Origin: Pseudomonadota bacterium
GTDB lineage: Bacteria; Desulfobacterota; Desulfobacteria; Desulfobacterales; JBDRRP01
NCBI GenBank assembly: GCA_043825735.1
Contig: JBDRRP010000115.1
Location: 62,001-126,000, forward strand
Direction of reading: 5' to 3'
Length of the DNA stretch: 64,000 nucleotides
Under the pieces are notes generated by a model that had not been told where the DNA came from, did no database searches, and saw only the letters and a list, made by a program, of their open reading frames with translations. The position numbers were made by a program, and so were the translations under genes. This document shows, one piece after another, positions 1 to 8,516 of this stretch. Position 1 is the stretch's first letter, and each line of letters begins with the position of its first letter.

Positions 1-775
1 CATCTCTTCTCTGACCTGCGCTCAGACCACAGTTCACTGCACACTGCCGGATGCCCGAGATCACAGAATCAATCCGGTCGCGATGCAGTACGGCTTCCTT
101 GGCAGGAAGCGCCACAATTTCACGAGCATCGCCCATCTGAAGTTGACTGGCGGCGGAAAAAAACCGAATGCCTTCCACCAGATCGCCGAACCATTCCAAT
201 CGGACCGGATGGTCATAGAGCGGAGAGAAGATATCCATGATGCTCCCCCGCACGGCGATATCCCCGGGTTCTTCCACAATGCTGGTACGCGTGTAGCCAC
301 CGTCCAGCATTTTAGCGACAAGGGCGTCACGGTCGCTTTCTTCGCCTGTCATGAGCAATTCCGCCCAGCTGCAGAGATCCTTACGAGGCATCACTTTATG
401 AAGCAGGGCATCCACAGAAGCGACCAGGACAAATGGCTCCCGGCTGGTCGCCAAGCGGTATAGCGTGCGAATCCGCTGCGCACTGATGTCGTTATGGTAG
501 GCCAACGCCTTGAAAGGTGAGATGTGATATGCGGGCAGATGAATAATCGCGTGGTGATCCTCGGGACGAATAAAAAATGCCAGATCATTCAACATGCGGG
601 TCGCGTCTTTGTCAGTCGGAGTGATGACGCAGGCGGGCTTTCCGGTCGCGGCATAGTGTCTGGAAATCAGATAGCTCGTTTGGGCGCCAGATATACCGCT
701 GCACTGATAGGCTCCCACCCGCGAGGCGATCTCGTCGAGAAAAGCGGCTAATGTGGTTTTCTCTTGATTTTGCAC
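1..775 (-). CDS. mfd: Transcription-repair coupling factor, 5' part (runs off the window start)
   Basis: Hand translation from GTG at 775: MQNQEK...ACVITPTDKDATRMLNDLAFF...GYTRTSIVEEPGDIAVRGSIMDIFSPLYDHPIRLEWFGDLVEGIRFFS, the UvrB-homology module of Mfd. No stop inside the window, so it is absent from the ORF track. Confidence 0.9.
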   Translation of the reverse strand, partial: MQNQEKTTLAAFLDEIASRVGAYQCSGISGAQTSYLISRHYAATGKPACVITPTDKDATRMLNDLAFFIRPEDHHAIIHLPAYHISPFKALAYHNDISAQRIRTLYRLATSREPFVLVASVDALLHKVMPRKDLCSWAELLMTGEESDRDALVAKMLDGGYTRTSIVEEPGDIAVRGSIMDIFSPLYDHPVRLEWFGDLVEGIRFFSAASQLQMGDAREIVALPAKEAVLHRDRIDSVISGIRQCAVNCGLSAGQRRD

Positions 776-803
776 AATAATTCCATTAATTGGGTGCCGT
801 TAC

Positions 804-879
804 GCCACCGTAGCTCAGTTGGTAGAGCAGCTGATTCGTAATCAGCAGGTCCGCGGTTCGACTCCGCGCGGTGGCTCCA
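804..879 (+). tRNA. tRNA-Thr (anticodon CGT)
   Basis: 76 nt. Acceptor GCCACCG/CGGTGGC, D arm AGCTCAGTTGGTAGAGC, anticodon stem GCTGA/TCAGC with loop TT-CGT-AA, T loop GGTTCGACTCC, encoded CCA. Confidence 0.97.
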
Positions 880-887
880 AACGATTC

Positions 888-924
888 AAAGGGATTTCGG
901 CCAGTTACGCCGAAATCCCTTTTT
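888..924 (+). terminator. Intrinsic terminator hairpin after the tRNA
   Basis: AAAGGGATTTCGGC / GCCGAAATCCCTTT inverted repeat followed by a T run. Confidence 0.85.
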
Positions 925-1102
925 CGTTCCGGGGGCACCATACCCCGCTAAACCGGTCCAAATCAAGCTGTTTTGCGGCCAAAATGCGCCCATTTTCCGG
1001 ATAAAGATTTGAAGTCGGTATCAATTTGCCTTCGACCTCGCGCTGCCACCCATTCCCCACTACCATCCCATGTAGACTTCAACCTCACTCTATGGTGGAA
1101 AA

Positions 1103-1594
1103 ATGAGATCGGCTTGTCTCCTTTTGGTGGCATTGGCAGTTGCGGCATGTGGTGGACCGAGCGATATTGACGCGGTTCGAAGCGGCACGATGATGGGTTA
1201 TACGACGACGATCGGCAAAGCGTTCGAAGCCGCATTCGATGAGCCGAGTTGGAAAACGCTCAGCGGAGGACCAGGGCAGCGGACCGTGGAGTTTACCGGG
1301 AAAATTTCTCGGAACCTGCACGAGGCCTTCGTCGCCCATATGGTGGTGACCTACTCCGAGGAGGACATATTCACCGCGGCAATAGCTTCAGGGTACCCCC
1401 CGCCTCCGGTGGGGATGCCGGAGGACCAGTACCCGAAATGGCAAAACGGGTTCCTGGCCACGTTGTGGGCTCCTGGCCAGACGTTTGTGTGCCAGTGGGA
1501 AATTTCGAGGGATACGATGGTGGTCGCCGACATGAGCCTCGATGGAAACAAAATCGAGGACATTGATAGCGCGATAGCGATCATTTGCTGGTAG
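1103..1594 (+). CDS. Putative lipoprotein, function unknown
   Basis: MRS-hydrophobic stretch-VAAC lipobox at the N terminus. Confidence 0.75.
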   Translation: MRSACLLLVALAVAACGGPSDIDAVRSGTMMGYTTTIGKAFEAAFDEPSWKTLSGGPGQRTVEFTGKISRNLHEAFVAHMVVTYSEEDIFTAAIASGYPPPPVGMPEDQYPKWQNGFLATLWAPGQTFVCQWEISRDTMVVADMSLDGNKIEDIDSAIAIICW

Positions 1595-1829
1595 GGGTAC
1601 GGAAAACGCATCAGGCGTGCTTTGGCTTCCTGTATTTTTGCCTCACCGTCACTGAAATCACGTTTGGCCGCTTGGTCATGATGGTACCCAACCACGATGC
1701 GCATATGCCTCCGAGGCTGAACTGGCCGTGCCCTGGCAACGAAGCAGAAACCTGGGTGAATTAATGAGAATGTTGCCACGGGTCTCCATACATGCTACGT
1801 ATCCACTCAAATCCCGTGGAGAGCTATGT

Positions 1830-2950
1830 ATGCGCGGCCGTATATACTCTGACCAAAAATGCCCCGTTTGCGGTGGAAATTTCGTCCATGACGACCATCG
1901 CCAGGGCCTTTTTTGTTTGGATCATTCAAAACAGCAGGCTGCGGGGCGGTTCCGTGTCCAATTTGGTCGGGGTACAAGGCGACGATTTGAGACATACAGA
2001 GAGGCAGAAAGGTTCCTATACGGTTTAAGGTATGAAGTAGATAAAGGGATCTATGACCCGAGAGATTATAGGCTATCAAATCCCCTCGGTTTCGAGAAAT
2101 TAGCCCGGAAGTGGCTTGAGATTAAAGAGAAAGAGGTTAGGCCAGGGTCATTTAAAAATCTCAAACTCTATATTGGCAAAGCAGTTATTCAATGGGGTGC
2201 TTCAAATATTAAGAGTACCGGGTACGGTGAAATAGAGGATTTTCTACATAATCAGAATGTTTCAGACAAAACTAAATCAAATATGAAATCTTGTCTTCAT
2301 AGTTTTTGGGTATGGGTTATTAAGAGAGAAAAAATTGCAATGCCCGATTTTCCAGTAATAAATTACGAGCTTGGTCTGCGGAAAATTATTGATAAGAAAA
2401 CACAGAGTGAGATAATCAATGAAGTAAAAGAAATGACCTATAAGAAAAATATGAAGATTTGGATTGGCATAAAATTTTATCACTATACGTTTCGGTAAGG
2501 CCAGGGGAGCTTTTGAAAGTCAAGGAAAGTGATATCGATTTGAATTCAGGAGTTATTTACATTCCTCATCCGAAAGAAAAACGTCCTAAACAGATTGAAC
2601 TTGTAAATGAAGATTTACAGTTGCTTAAAGAGATCTCAAGAGGTATGCCTTGGATGTATTTTTTTATACATGAGCCTGGAGTATCAGGGGCCATTGATGG
2701 AGATCGTTTTGGCGAAAAAATATTTTATAAATGGTGGAAAAGAGCTTGCGAAAAAATAGGGGTTTCAGGAGTGGACTTATATGGCGGTACAAAACATAGT
2801 GCTGTGACTGATGCACTAAACCAGTACACGCCAGAGGAGATAAGGCGGTTCGGGACTAAACATGCTACAAATAAAGCCTTTGATAGGTATTTATATGTAG
2901 ACATGGAGTATTTCCGAAGGTTCTATCCGTCGTTGGTGGAAATTGGTTAG
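1830..2950 (+). pseudogene. Tyrosine recombinase/integrase split by a 1-nt frameshift near 2471-2480
   Basis: N-part MRGRIYSDQKCPVC... (arm/core-binding region). C-part has VRPGEL, PKEK, YGGTKHS and KH...FDRY, matching catalytic positions. One extra T in AAAATTTTAT joins the frames as WIGIKFLSLYVSVRPGEL. Confidence 0.85.
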
Positions 2951-2982
2951 AGCAATTCTATTGAAAACTAAGGCGGTGTCTA

Positions 2983-4128
2983 ATGTTTAGTAAGATTCTG
3001 ATTGATGGTTATCGGGACATGAAAAATTTTCTTATTGCTAAACCAACAAGGTTTAATCTTTTTGTTGGAGAGAACAATTCAGGGAAAACAAGCTTGCTCG
3101 AAGCAATTTTCATGCATTGTGCACCGGTTAATTTTAATGTAATTTTGGGAGTGTTATCAATGAGGCATGGGGGTTTTCTTGGAAACCAAAAATATATTGT
3201 TGATAATCTTAGATGGTTTTTCAGTGAGCCAGAGGGGAAGTCGGTTTTAAAGATAAATATAGAAAGTTATTACAATGGGAAAAAAAGACTTTCAGAAATT
3301 GAGCTTGAAGATATTTCAAAGAACTCAGTTATGACGGATATTCTGTCCGGAAATAATGCATTAAAACATGCTCATTTCGATACAGGTTCATCTGCAAAAA
3401 GTGTAAAAATTGAACTAAATCGAATATTGGATAGTGAAATTGAAGGGATAGCATATGGTATTCTGACGTATAAGTTTGCTAACAAAGAAGGAAGTGTGGA
3501 ATCGCGGCAGGTATTCGATAGTAAAAGAGAATTGACAATTTTATCTCCAAAAATAAGAACTGATATAGAAACCAAGATATTATCTACTTCATTTTTTAAA
3601 AGGCCTGAATCCGGTGTGACGGAATGGGACAAGGCGGTTAAGAAACGAATTAGTAAAGATGCAATAGAAATAATGCAAAAAATTGACAACAAGATTATAG
3701 GGGCGCAGATATTAATGTCTGCGCCAAATACGGCAGAATTGTATGTGGAGTACAAAGGCCTTGGGTTAATGCCGCTTAGTGGTTTGGGCGATGGAATTAG
3801 GAAAATGCTTATAATAGCTTTAAGCTTATCAGAATGCAGAAACGGGGTCCTATTAATTGATGAGATTGAACAGGCAATCCATTACAATGCATTAGTTCCA
3901 TTCCTTGACTGGTTAATGAAAATGGCTAAAGATCATGATGTCCAAGTTTTTGCAACAACTCATAGCCTTGAGTGTATAGATGCGCTAATTAATACAAATA
4001 TTAATAACTTAAATGATATTAGCTTATATAAAATGTTCAGGGAGAATTATACGCTTACTAATAAAAAAATTAGTGGCCCGAAGTTGAAAACTCTGCGAAT
4101 TGAAATGGGACAAGATGTAAGGTGGTAA
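2983..4128 (+). CDS. ABC-type (AAA_15/AAA_21-like) ATPase
   Basis: Walker A GENNSGKTS, signature-like LGDG, Walker B LLIDEIE, H-loop TTHS. Confidence 0.9.
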   Translation: MFSKILIDGYRDMKNFLIAKPTRFNLFVGENNSGKTSLLEAIFMHCAPVNFNVILGVLSMRHGGFLGNQKYIVDNLRWFFSEPEGKSVLKINIESYYNGKKRLSEIELEDISKNSVMTDILSGNNALKHAHFDTGSSAKSVKIELNRILDSEIEGIAYGILTYKFANKEGSVESRQVFDSKRELTILSPKIRTDIETKILSTSFFKRPESGVTEWDKAVKKRISKDAIEIMQKIDNKIIGAQILMSAPNTAELYVEYKGLGLMPLSGLGDGIRKMLIIALSLSECRNGVLLIDEIEQAIHYNALVPFLDWLMKMAKDHDVQVFATTHSLECIDALINTNINNLNDISLYKMFRENYTLTNKKISGPKLKTLRIEMGQDVRW

Positions 4129-4910
4129 AAATGGAATATGGATATCTTGTTGTTGAGGGTACACACGACCTTGAATTCGTAGGAAAGATATTAAAGCATG
4201 CAGGCTTAAAACTAATTCGAAAGCACGAAGAATTAGATGCGTTTTGGAAAAATTCAAAGTTGATACCAACCGTTTTTCCATTTGACGGCGACTTGTTAAA
4301 AAGAGCGCCAGTTCCTCAATTTTATCAAAACAATAATATTGCTATTGCAATTCATTGTGCAAACAGCATAACAAATTTGACAAAAGTATATAAATATACT
4401 TTTGATAATGATAACCGAATGCCAGGAATGCTTAAAAGCGCAGGAGCTGTTTGCGACGCTGATAACAACAATGATAATGCTGTAGAAAGTACATTCAATG
4501 GAATTAGAGGCGCGTTGCCTGAGAATTATTTCCATGCCACTCAGCCAGGAGTTGTTACAATAAATGGATTTAGAAATGGTGCTTTTATTATGCCAGATAA
4601 TGTTAATAATGGGACATTCGAAGATTTATTGATTGAATGCGGAAAGAAAGTATATAGGAACCTGTTTGATGGCGCGAGTGTATTTATTAATGGTATTGAT
4701 TTGACGAAACTAAACACGGGCGAGAAGAAAGAACTAAATAAATTTGCTGGCAAGAAGAAAGCGATAATTGGTTGTATGGGGAATGTATTGAGGCCTAGCA
4801 AATCAATTGCGGTTACCATCAGCGACAACAGGTGGGTATCAGCCGATAGTTTAAAACTGCCAAATGTTAAAAGGCTTGTGGCCTTTATATCGCAATTGTT
4901 TGATTTATAA
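4122..4910 (+). CDS. TOPRIM-like (DUF3226-type) partner of the ATPase
   Basis: LVVEGxxD start motif, later DAD and GTFEDL motifs. Overlaps the ATPase stop. Confidence 0.75.
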   Translation: MVKMEYGYLVVEGTHDLEFVGKILKHAGLKLIRKHEELDAFWKNSKLIPTVFPFDGDLLKRAPVPQFYQNNNIAIAIHCANSITNLTKVYKYTFDNDNRMPGMLKSAGAVCDADNNNDNAVESTFNGIRGALPENYFHATQPGVVTINGFRNGAFIMPDNVNNGTFEDLLIECGKKVYRNLFDGASVFINGIDLTKLNTGEKKELNKFAGKKKAIIGCMGNVLRPSKSIAVTISDNRWVSADSLKLPNVKRLVAFISQLFDL

Positions 4911-4992
4911 AACCGAGATAAAAGGGGCTACGATTGGGATACGGTTTGAAATTGTCTAAAATCTCCAAATACCTTAAAATAAACACAAAAAA

Positions 4993-5012
4993 TGGTGGAG
5001 GCGGGGGAGTTG
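4993..5012 (-). other. tmRNA-like 3'-end fragment (att scar)
   Basis: Reverse complement CAACTCCCCCGCCTCCACCA resembles the ssrA T-loop half plus acceptor end. It coincides with the end of the AT-rich block. Confidence 0.7.
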
Positions 5013-5190
5013 CCCCCCCGACCTACCGATCCTGCCCACCAACTTATACGCTCGGAGGACAGCCTCGCGGAGCAGATGGAACGCCATCGAGTTCTTGACA
5101 ATCCCGGCAAGCCCTTTTCGTTGACACCGGCTTTTGGCCCTTATATGGTTTCATTCGCTCCTTCGCCTCAATCATCTGCCGGAAACCATC

Positions 5191-5496
5191 ATGGTCCTTA
5201 CCAAGCAGGGCATCACAGAAGCGATCCGTTTGCGGATGGGTGTTTCCCGCCCCCGGGCCGTCGAAATTACCGAAGCCCTTATCAAACTGTTAAAAGACAC
5301 TCTTGCGGCCGGCGAGGATGTCCTGGTCAGCCGATTCGGGAAGTTTCAAGTGAGAAAAAAATCCGAGCGCCGAGGGCGTAATCCAGCCACAGGGGGAAGA
5401 ATTACTTTGAAGCCCCGCCGGGTGGTGACTTTCAAACCAGCCAGTAATTTGAAGGAGCTTCTAAATCCTACTGTTGAGATTGGTGACCGGCAATGA
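5191..5496 (+). CDS. ihfA: Integration host factor alpha-like (HU/IHF family)
   Basis: LTK...FGKFQVRKKSERRGRNPATG...RRVVTFKP. Confidence 0.85.
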   Translation: MVLTKQGITEAIRLRMGVSRPRAVEITEALIKLLKDTLAAGEDVLVSRFGKFQVRKKSERRGRNPATGGRITLKPRRVVTFKPASNLKELLNPTVEIGDRQ

Positions 5497-5963
5497 CCAT
5501 CACCAAAATTATCAGCGGCGGCCAGACAGGCGCGGATCAGGGCGCCCTTGATGCGGCCATCGCCATGGGCATCGACCACAGCGGATGGATACCGAAAGGC
5601 CGGCTCACCGAGTCGGGACCGCTGCCTGAAAAATATCTGCTCAAGGAGATGCCGTCCAAAAGCTACCCGAAAAGGACCGAAAAGAACATCCTCGATTCGG
5701 ACGGCACGGTAATTATCAGCCGTGGGCGGTTAGCGGGTGGATCGGCATTGACAAAGAAACTGGCCCTCCAGCACGGCAAACCGGTTTTGCACATCAACCT
5801 GAAAAAGATAAGTCCCAAGGAGGCAACTGGATCTATTTTTGCTTGGACGGAAATGCACAGGGTTGCGGTTTTGAATGTGGCCGGCCCCCGGGCTTCGAAA
5901 GACCCATTGATTTATGAAGATGTGAAAGCCATTGTCGGCGGCCTGCTGAAGGAACCCCGGTGA
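5493..5963 (+). CDS. SLOG-superfamily protein (cpYpsA, often annotated putative molybdenum carrier)
   Basis: KIISGGQTGADQGALD, RTEKNILDSDGT and LNVAGPRAS motifs. Confidence 0.85.
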   Translation: MTITKIISGGQTGADQGALDAAIAMGIDHSGWIPKGRLTESGPLPEKYLLKEMPSKSYPKRTEKNILDSDGTVIISRGRLAGGSALTKKLALQHGKPVLHINLKKISPKEATGSIFAWTEMHRVAVLNVAGPRASKDPLIYEDVKAIVGGLLKEPR

Positions 5964-6187
5964 TGGATGAAATCCACGAAATGGTCGCCGATATACTGTC
6001 CGGCATGTCCTTTAGGGAAAAGAGCGTCATCGCCAAAATGGACGAGGAGGCCCTGCCATATCTCCAGTATGCTTTTGACAGGTATATCAGTGCAAAAGAC
6101 CCGGATGATGAAGGGGCCGGAGCGGATATTATGCGGCGGATGTGGGAGGCCTGTAGAGAAACACACAGGTTGCGATCCGTGAAATGA
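5960..6187 (+). CDS. Small hypothetical protein
   Basis: Overlaps both neighbours by 4 nt (translational coupling). Confidence 0.7.
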   Translation: MMDEIHEMVADILSGMSFREKSVIAKMDEEALPYLQYAFDRYISAKDPDDEGAGADIMRRMWEACRETHRLRSVK

Positions 6188-6942
6188 AACGTCTTGCCTC
6201 AGCAATAATAGCCTTAATCACCATCGGTACCGTTTCTTTTGCCGGCGGCCAGGGGAACACCACCAACCAGTCTTTCAATAAGGCCAAGAAAATCCTACTG
6301 GAGCAGGTCTATTTTGACCGCATGACCACTTTTTACTGCGGGTGTGCCTTCACCCCTGACAAGAAGATCGTGTCTTCGGGATGCTATACGCCCAAAAAGG
6401 ATGGTGAAAGAGCCCGCCGGGTCGAATGGGAGCACATCGTACCGGCACACGCATTCGGTCAGAGTTTCCAGGAATGGCGCGATGGTCATCCGGACTGTGT
6501 AGACAGCAAGGGAAAAGCCTTCAAAGGCCGGAACTGCGCGGCCAAGGTCAACCTGAAATACCGCTACATGGAAGCGGATATGTATAACCTGGTCCCCGCC
6601 ATCGGTGAGATCAATGGGCTTAGGTCCAACTATAGCTTCGCTATGATATCTGGAGAAAAGCGGGAGTTCGGTCAGTGCGATATGGAAATCGAGGACCGGA
6701 AAGCCGAGCCGCCGCCAGCGGTTAGGGGTGATATTGCCAGGACTTATTTTTACATGGATGCCGCCTACCCGGGACACGGGATCATCAGCAACAAGAACAG
6801 GAGGATGTTTGAGGCTTGGGACCGGGAAGATCCGGTGGATGAGTGGGAGTGTGAGAGGGCAAGGCGGATTGAGCGGTTGCAGGGGGATGAGAATCCGTTT
6901 GTGAAATCCCAGTGTTTAGTCGGAAGGATGGGTAAAGGATGA
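6184..6942 (+). CDS. Secreted endonuclease I (EndA/Dns/Vvn family)
   Basis: Signal peptide; TFYCGC, RVEWEHIVPA, MEADMYNLVPAIGEINGLRSN, RGDIARTYFYM. Confidence 0.93.
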   Translation: MKRLASAIIALITIGTVSFAGGQGNTTNQSFNKAKKILLEQVYFDRMTTFYCGCAFTPDKKIVSSGCYTPKKDGERARRVEWEHIVPAHAFGQSFQEWRDGHPDCVDSKGKAFKGRNCAAKVNLKYRYMEADMYNLVPAIGEINGLRSNYSFAMISGEKREFGQCDMEIEDRKAEPPPAVRGDIARTYFYMDAAYPGHGIISNKNRRMFEAWDREDPVDEWECERARRIERLQGDENPFVKSQCLVGRMGKG

Positions 6943-7328
6943 TATAATGCTGACCGGCAAGGCTTCCAATTTGACAGCGCCATTGGGTTGTACGAGGAAT
7001 ACCATTCCTAATGTGCTGGATCTCAAAGATTACGGGATACCATCGATAGTGGCAAACATTCTGCGGTTTACAAGTCCGGAAACGGCCCACGGATCAAAGC
7101 AGAAATGTCTCTATGGGAGATTAGTGGGTTATGTTTAGGGCAATCCTAAATACTTCGACTTTGTGTGGGATGGTTTAAATATCCAGAGCGCCACCTAATA
7201 ATTCGTTATTTTTTGTAAATTTGGCAGGCTCTGCCATCCTCACGCCGAAGATCGGCGGTCAACGGCCAAGTGTTTGCGGTCTAAATCGAAACCGGCGGCA
7301 ATCGCCGCTTAACCCGATAAGGGCCGAA

Positions 7329-7419
7329 AACCTAACCGATTGATTTCATAATGGTTAGGTTGGTTTTTCGACTTAGGTTTCAGAACTAAACGGCGATTGC
7401 CGTCTAATAACTGTTCGCC
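7329..7419 (+). promoter_or_regulatory. attI-like leader with IHF consensus site
   Basis: Inverted repeat AACCTAACC/GGTTAGGTT overlapping a WATCAAN4TTR match (7333-7345, minus strand). Core GTTCGCC at 7413 is complementary to R'' of attC1. Confidence 0.55.
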
Positions 7420-7446
7420 GATGCCAAGGACTCCAAGGAGAGCCAC

Positions 7447-8481
7447 ATGTCCGTCCAAAAGCACATCAGGGAGTTGGTCTTGACCGAAGCCGGCTACCGC
7501 TGTGCTGTCCCCACGTGCCGCAGCATTCTGGCAATCGACCTACACCACATCGTTGAGGTCTCGCAGGACGGCAGCGACACGCCGGAGAACCTGCTCGCCC
7601 TGTGTCCTACGTGTCACGCCCTGTACCATCGCGGTACGATCACCCGTGGCTCTATCCAGAAATGGAAACAAGACCTGCTATCGGTGAGTTCACAGGATTT
7701 CAGAAGCAAGATCGAAGACGACGTCAGGACGGCAATCCTGTCAGCTGAACCATGGAACGAAGACCGACGGCACGGGTTCTCCCATGCTGCTTCAGAGTTC
7801 CTGGCCAGAACCTGTGAGGTGGGGTTCCTCGATGGCTCTCGGTTCATTCGAACCGGATATGCATGCTACATCGGCGACGGCAAGCTAATAACGGCCGGAG
7901 AGGTGATCGACTTCTTGCAGGAAATACTGCTGTACCGTCCCGGGAAGCCGTCGTTGCTCACGCGCGTAGGACTCGCCGATTTCGTTGTCGCGAAACGACT
8001 CGACTGGGGGAGTGTGACGTTCCTTGATGCAGCCCCTGTCGATACTGCCTACTGGCGGAAGATCACCGGCGGGTCGGGGGACGACATGCTGCCACTTCAG
8101 ACGGATGTGAAAACCAGACGGAACCCGTACATTGGCGAGCAAGTGGGCTTTCTCAACTCGCCGCACTGCACAGACGACGGACGCGGATTTGCGCTCTTCC
8201 AGTTCGAGACAGCTCACGTTTCATTCTTCCATCGAACGGAGGCGCTTACCTTGCACAACTACGTGCTCACGCCGGTGGTAAGCCGCATCCAGTACAGAGG
8301 TGCCCCGGTGTTCTCCGAACAAGGAGAATTGCTTGGCGTCCTACGAGACAGCATGAAGTCGGAGGACGAAGCAAGCTGTCGCCCGATCGCAGCCAACTTC
8401 ATTGGAGTCAAGGAGTTCAGAGAATGCGAGGGCGAACATCCGGATCCACTTGATGGCCCTGCTTCGCGCCGCCACAAGTGA
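7447..8481 (+). CDS. HNH endonuclease fused to a degenerate trypsin-like domain (cassette 1)
   Basis: CAVPTC...HHIV...NLLALCPTCHALYH. C-terminal LITAGE and YRGAPVFSEQGELLGV resemble the trypsin TAxH and GxSGxP motifs without catalytic His/Ser. Confidence 0.75.
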   Translation: MSVQKHIRELVLTEAGYRCAVPTCRSILAIDLHHIVEVSQDGSDTPENLLALCPTCHALYHRGTITRGSIQKWKQDLLSVSSQDFRSKIEDDVRTAILSAEPWNEDRRHGFSHAASEFLARTCEVGFLDGSRFIRTGYACYIGDGKLITAGEVIDFLQEILLYRPGKPSLLTRVGLADFVVAKRLDWGSVTFLDAAPVDTAYWRKITGGSGDDMLPLQTDVKTRRNPYIGEQVGFLNSPHCTDDGRGFALFQFETAHVSFFHRTEALTLHNYVLTPVVSRIQYRGAPVFSEQGELLGVLRDSMKSEDEASCRPIAANFIGVKEFRECEGEHPDPLDGPASRRHK

Positions 8482-8495
8482 TCCAAGCGTTGGGC
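8431..8495 (+). repeat. attC site 1
   Basis: GGCGAAC...GGATC(C)ACTTG(A)TGGC / GCCACAAGTGATCC...GTTGGGC; two extrahelical bases. Confidence 0.88.
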
Positions 8496-8516
8496 TTACG
8501 ATGAAAGAACAAAAAT

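Noticed and set aside
61..751. ORF-track calls at 61-330, 83-463, 391-588 and 524-751
   Set aside because: Shadows or alternate frames of the real minus-strand mfd gene.
819..1004. 61-aa ORF
   Set aside because: Overlaps the tRNA and its terminator.
1830..2950. Integrase as the integron IntI
   Set aside because: Phage-like N-terminal region, no recognisable IntI-specific insertion, and 4.5 kb from the array in the same orientation.
6947..7138. 63-aa ORF after the endonuclease
   Set aside because: No recognisable domain or clear RBS; may be a remnant.
7189..7210. CGCCACCTAATAATTCGTTA as another attI-like site
   Set aside because: Only loose similarity to the 7400 site and no cassette follows.
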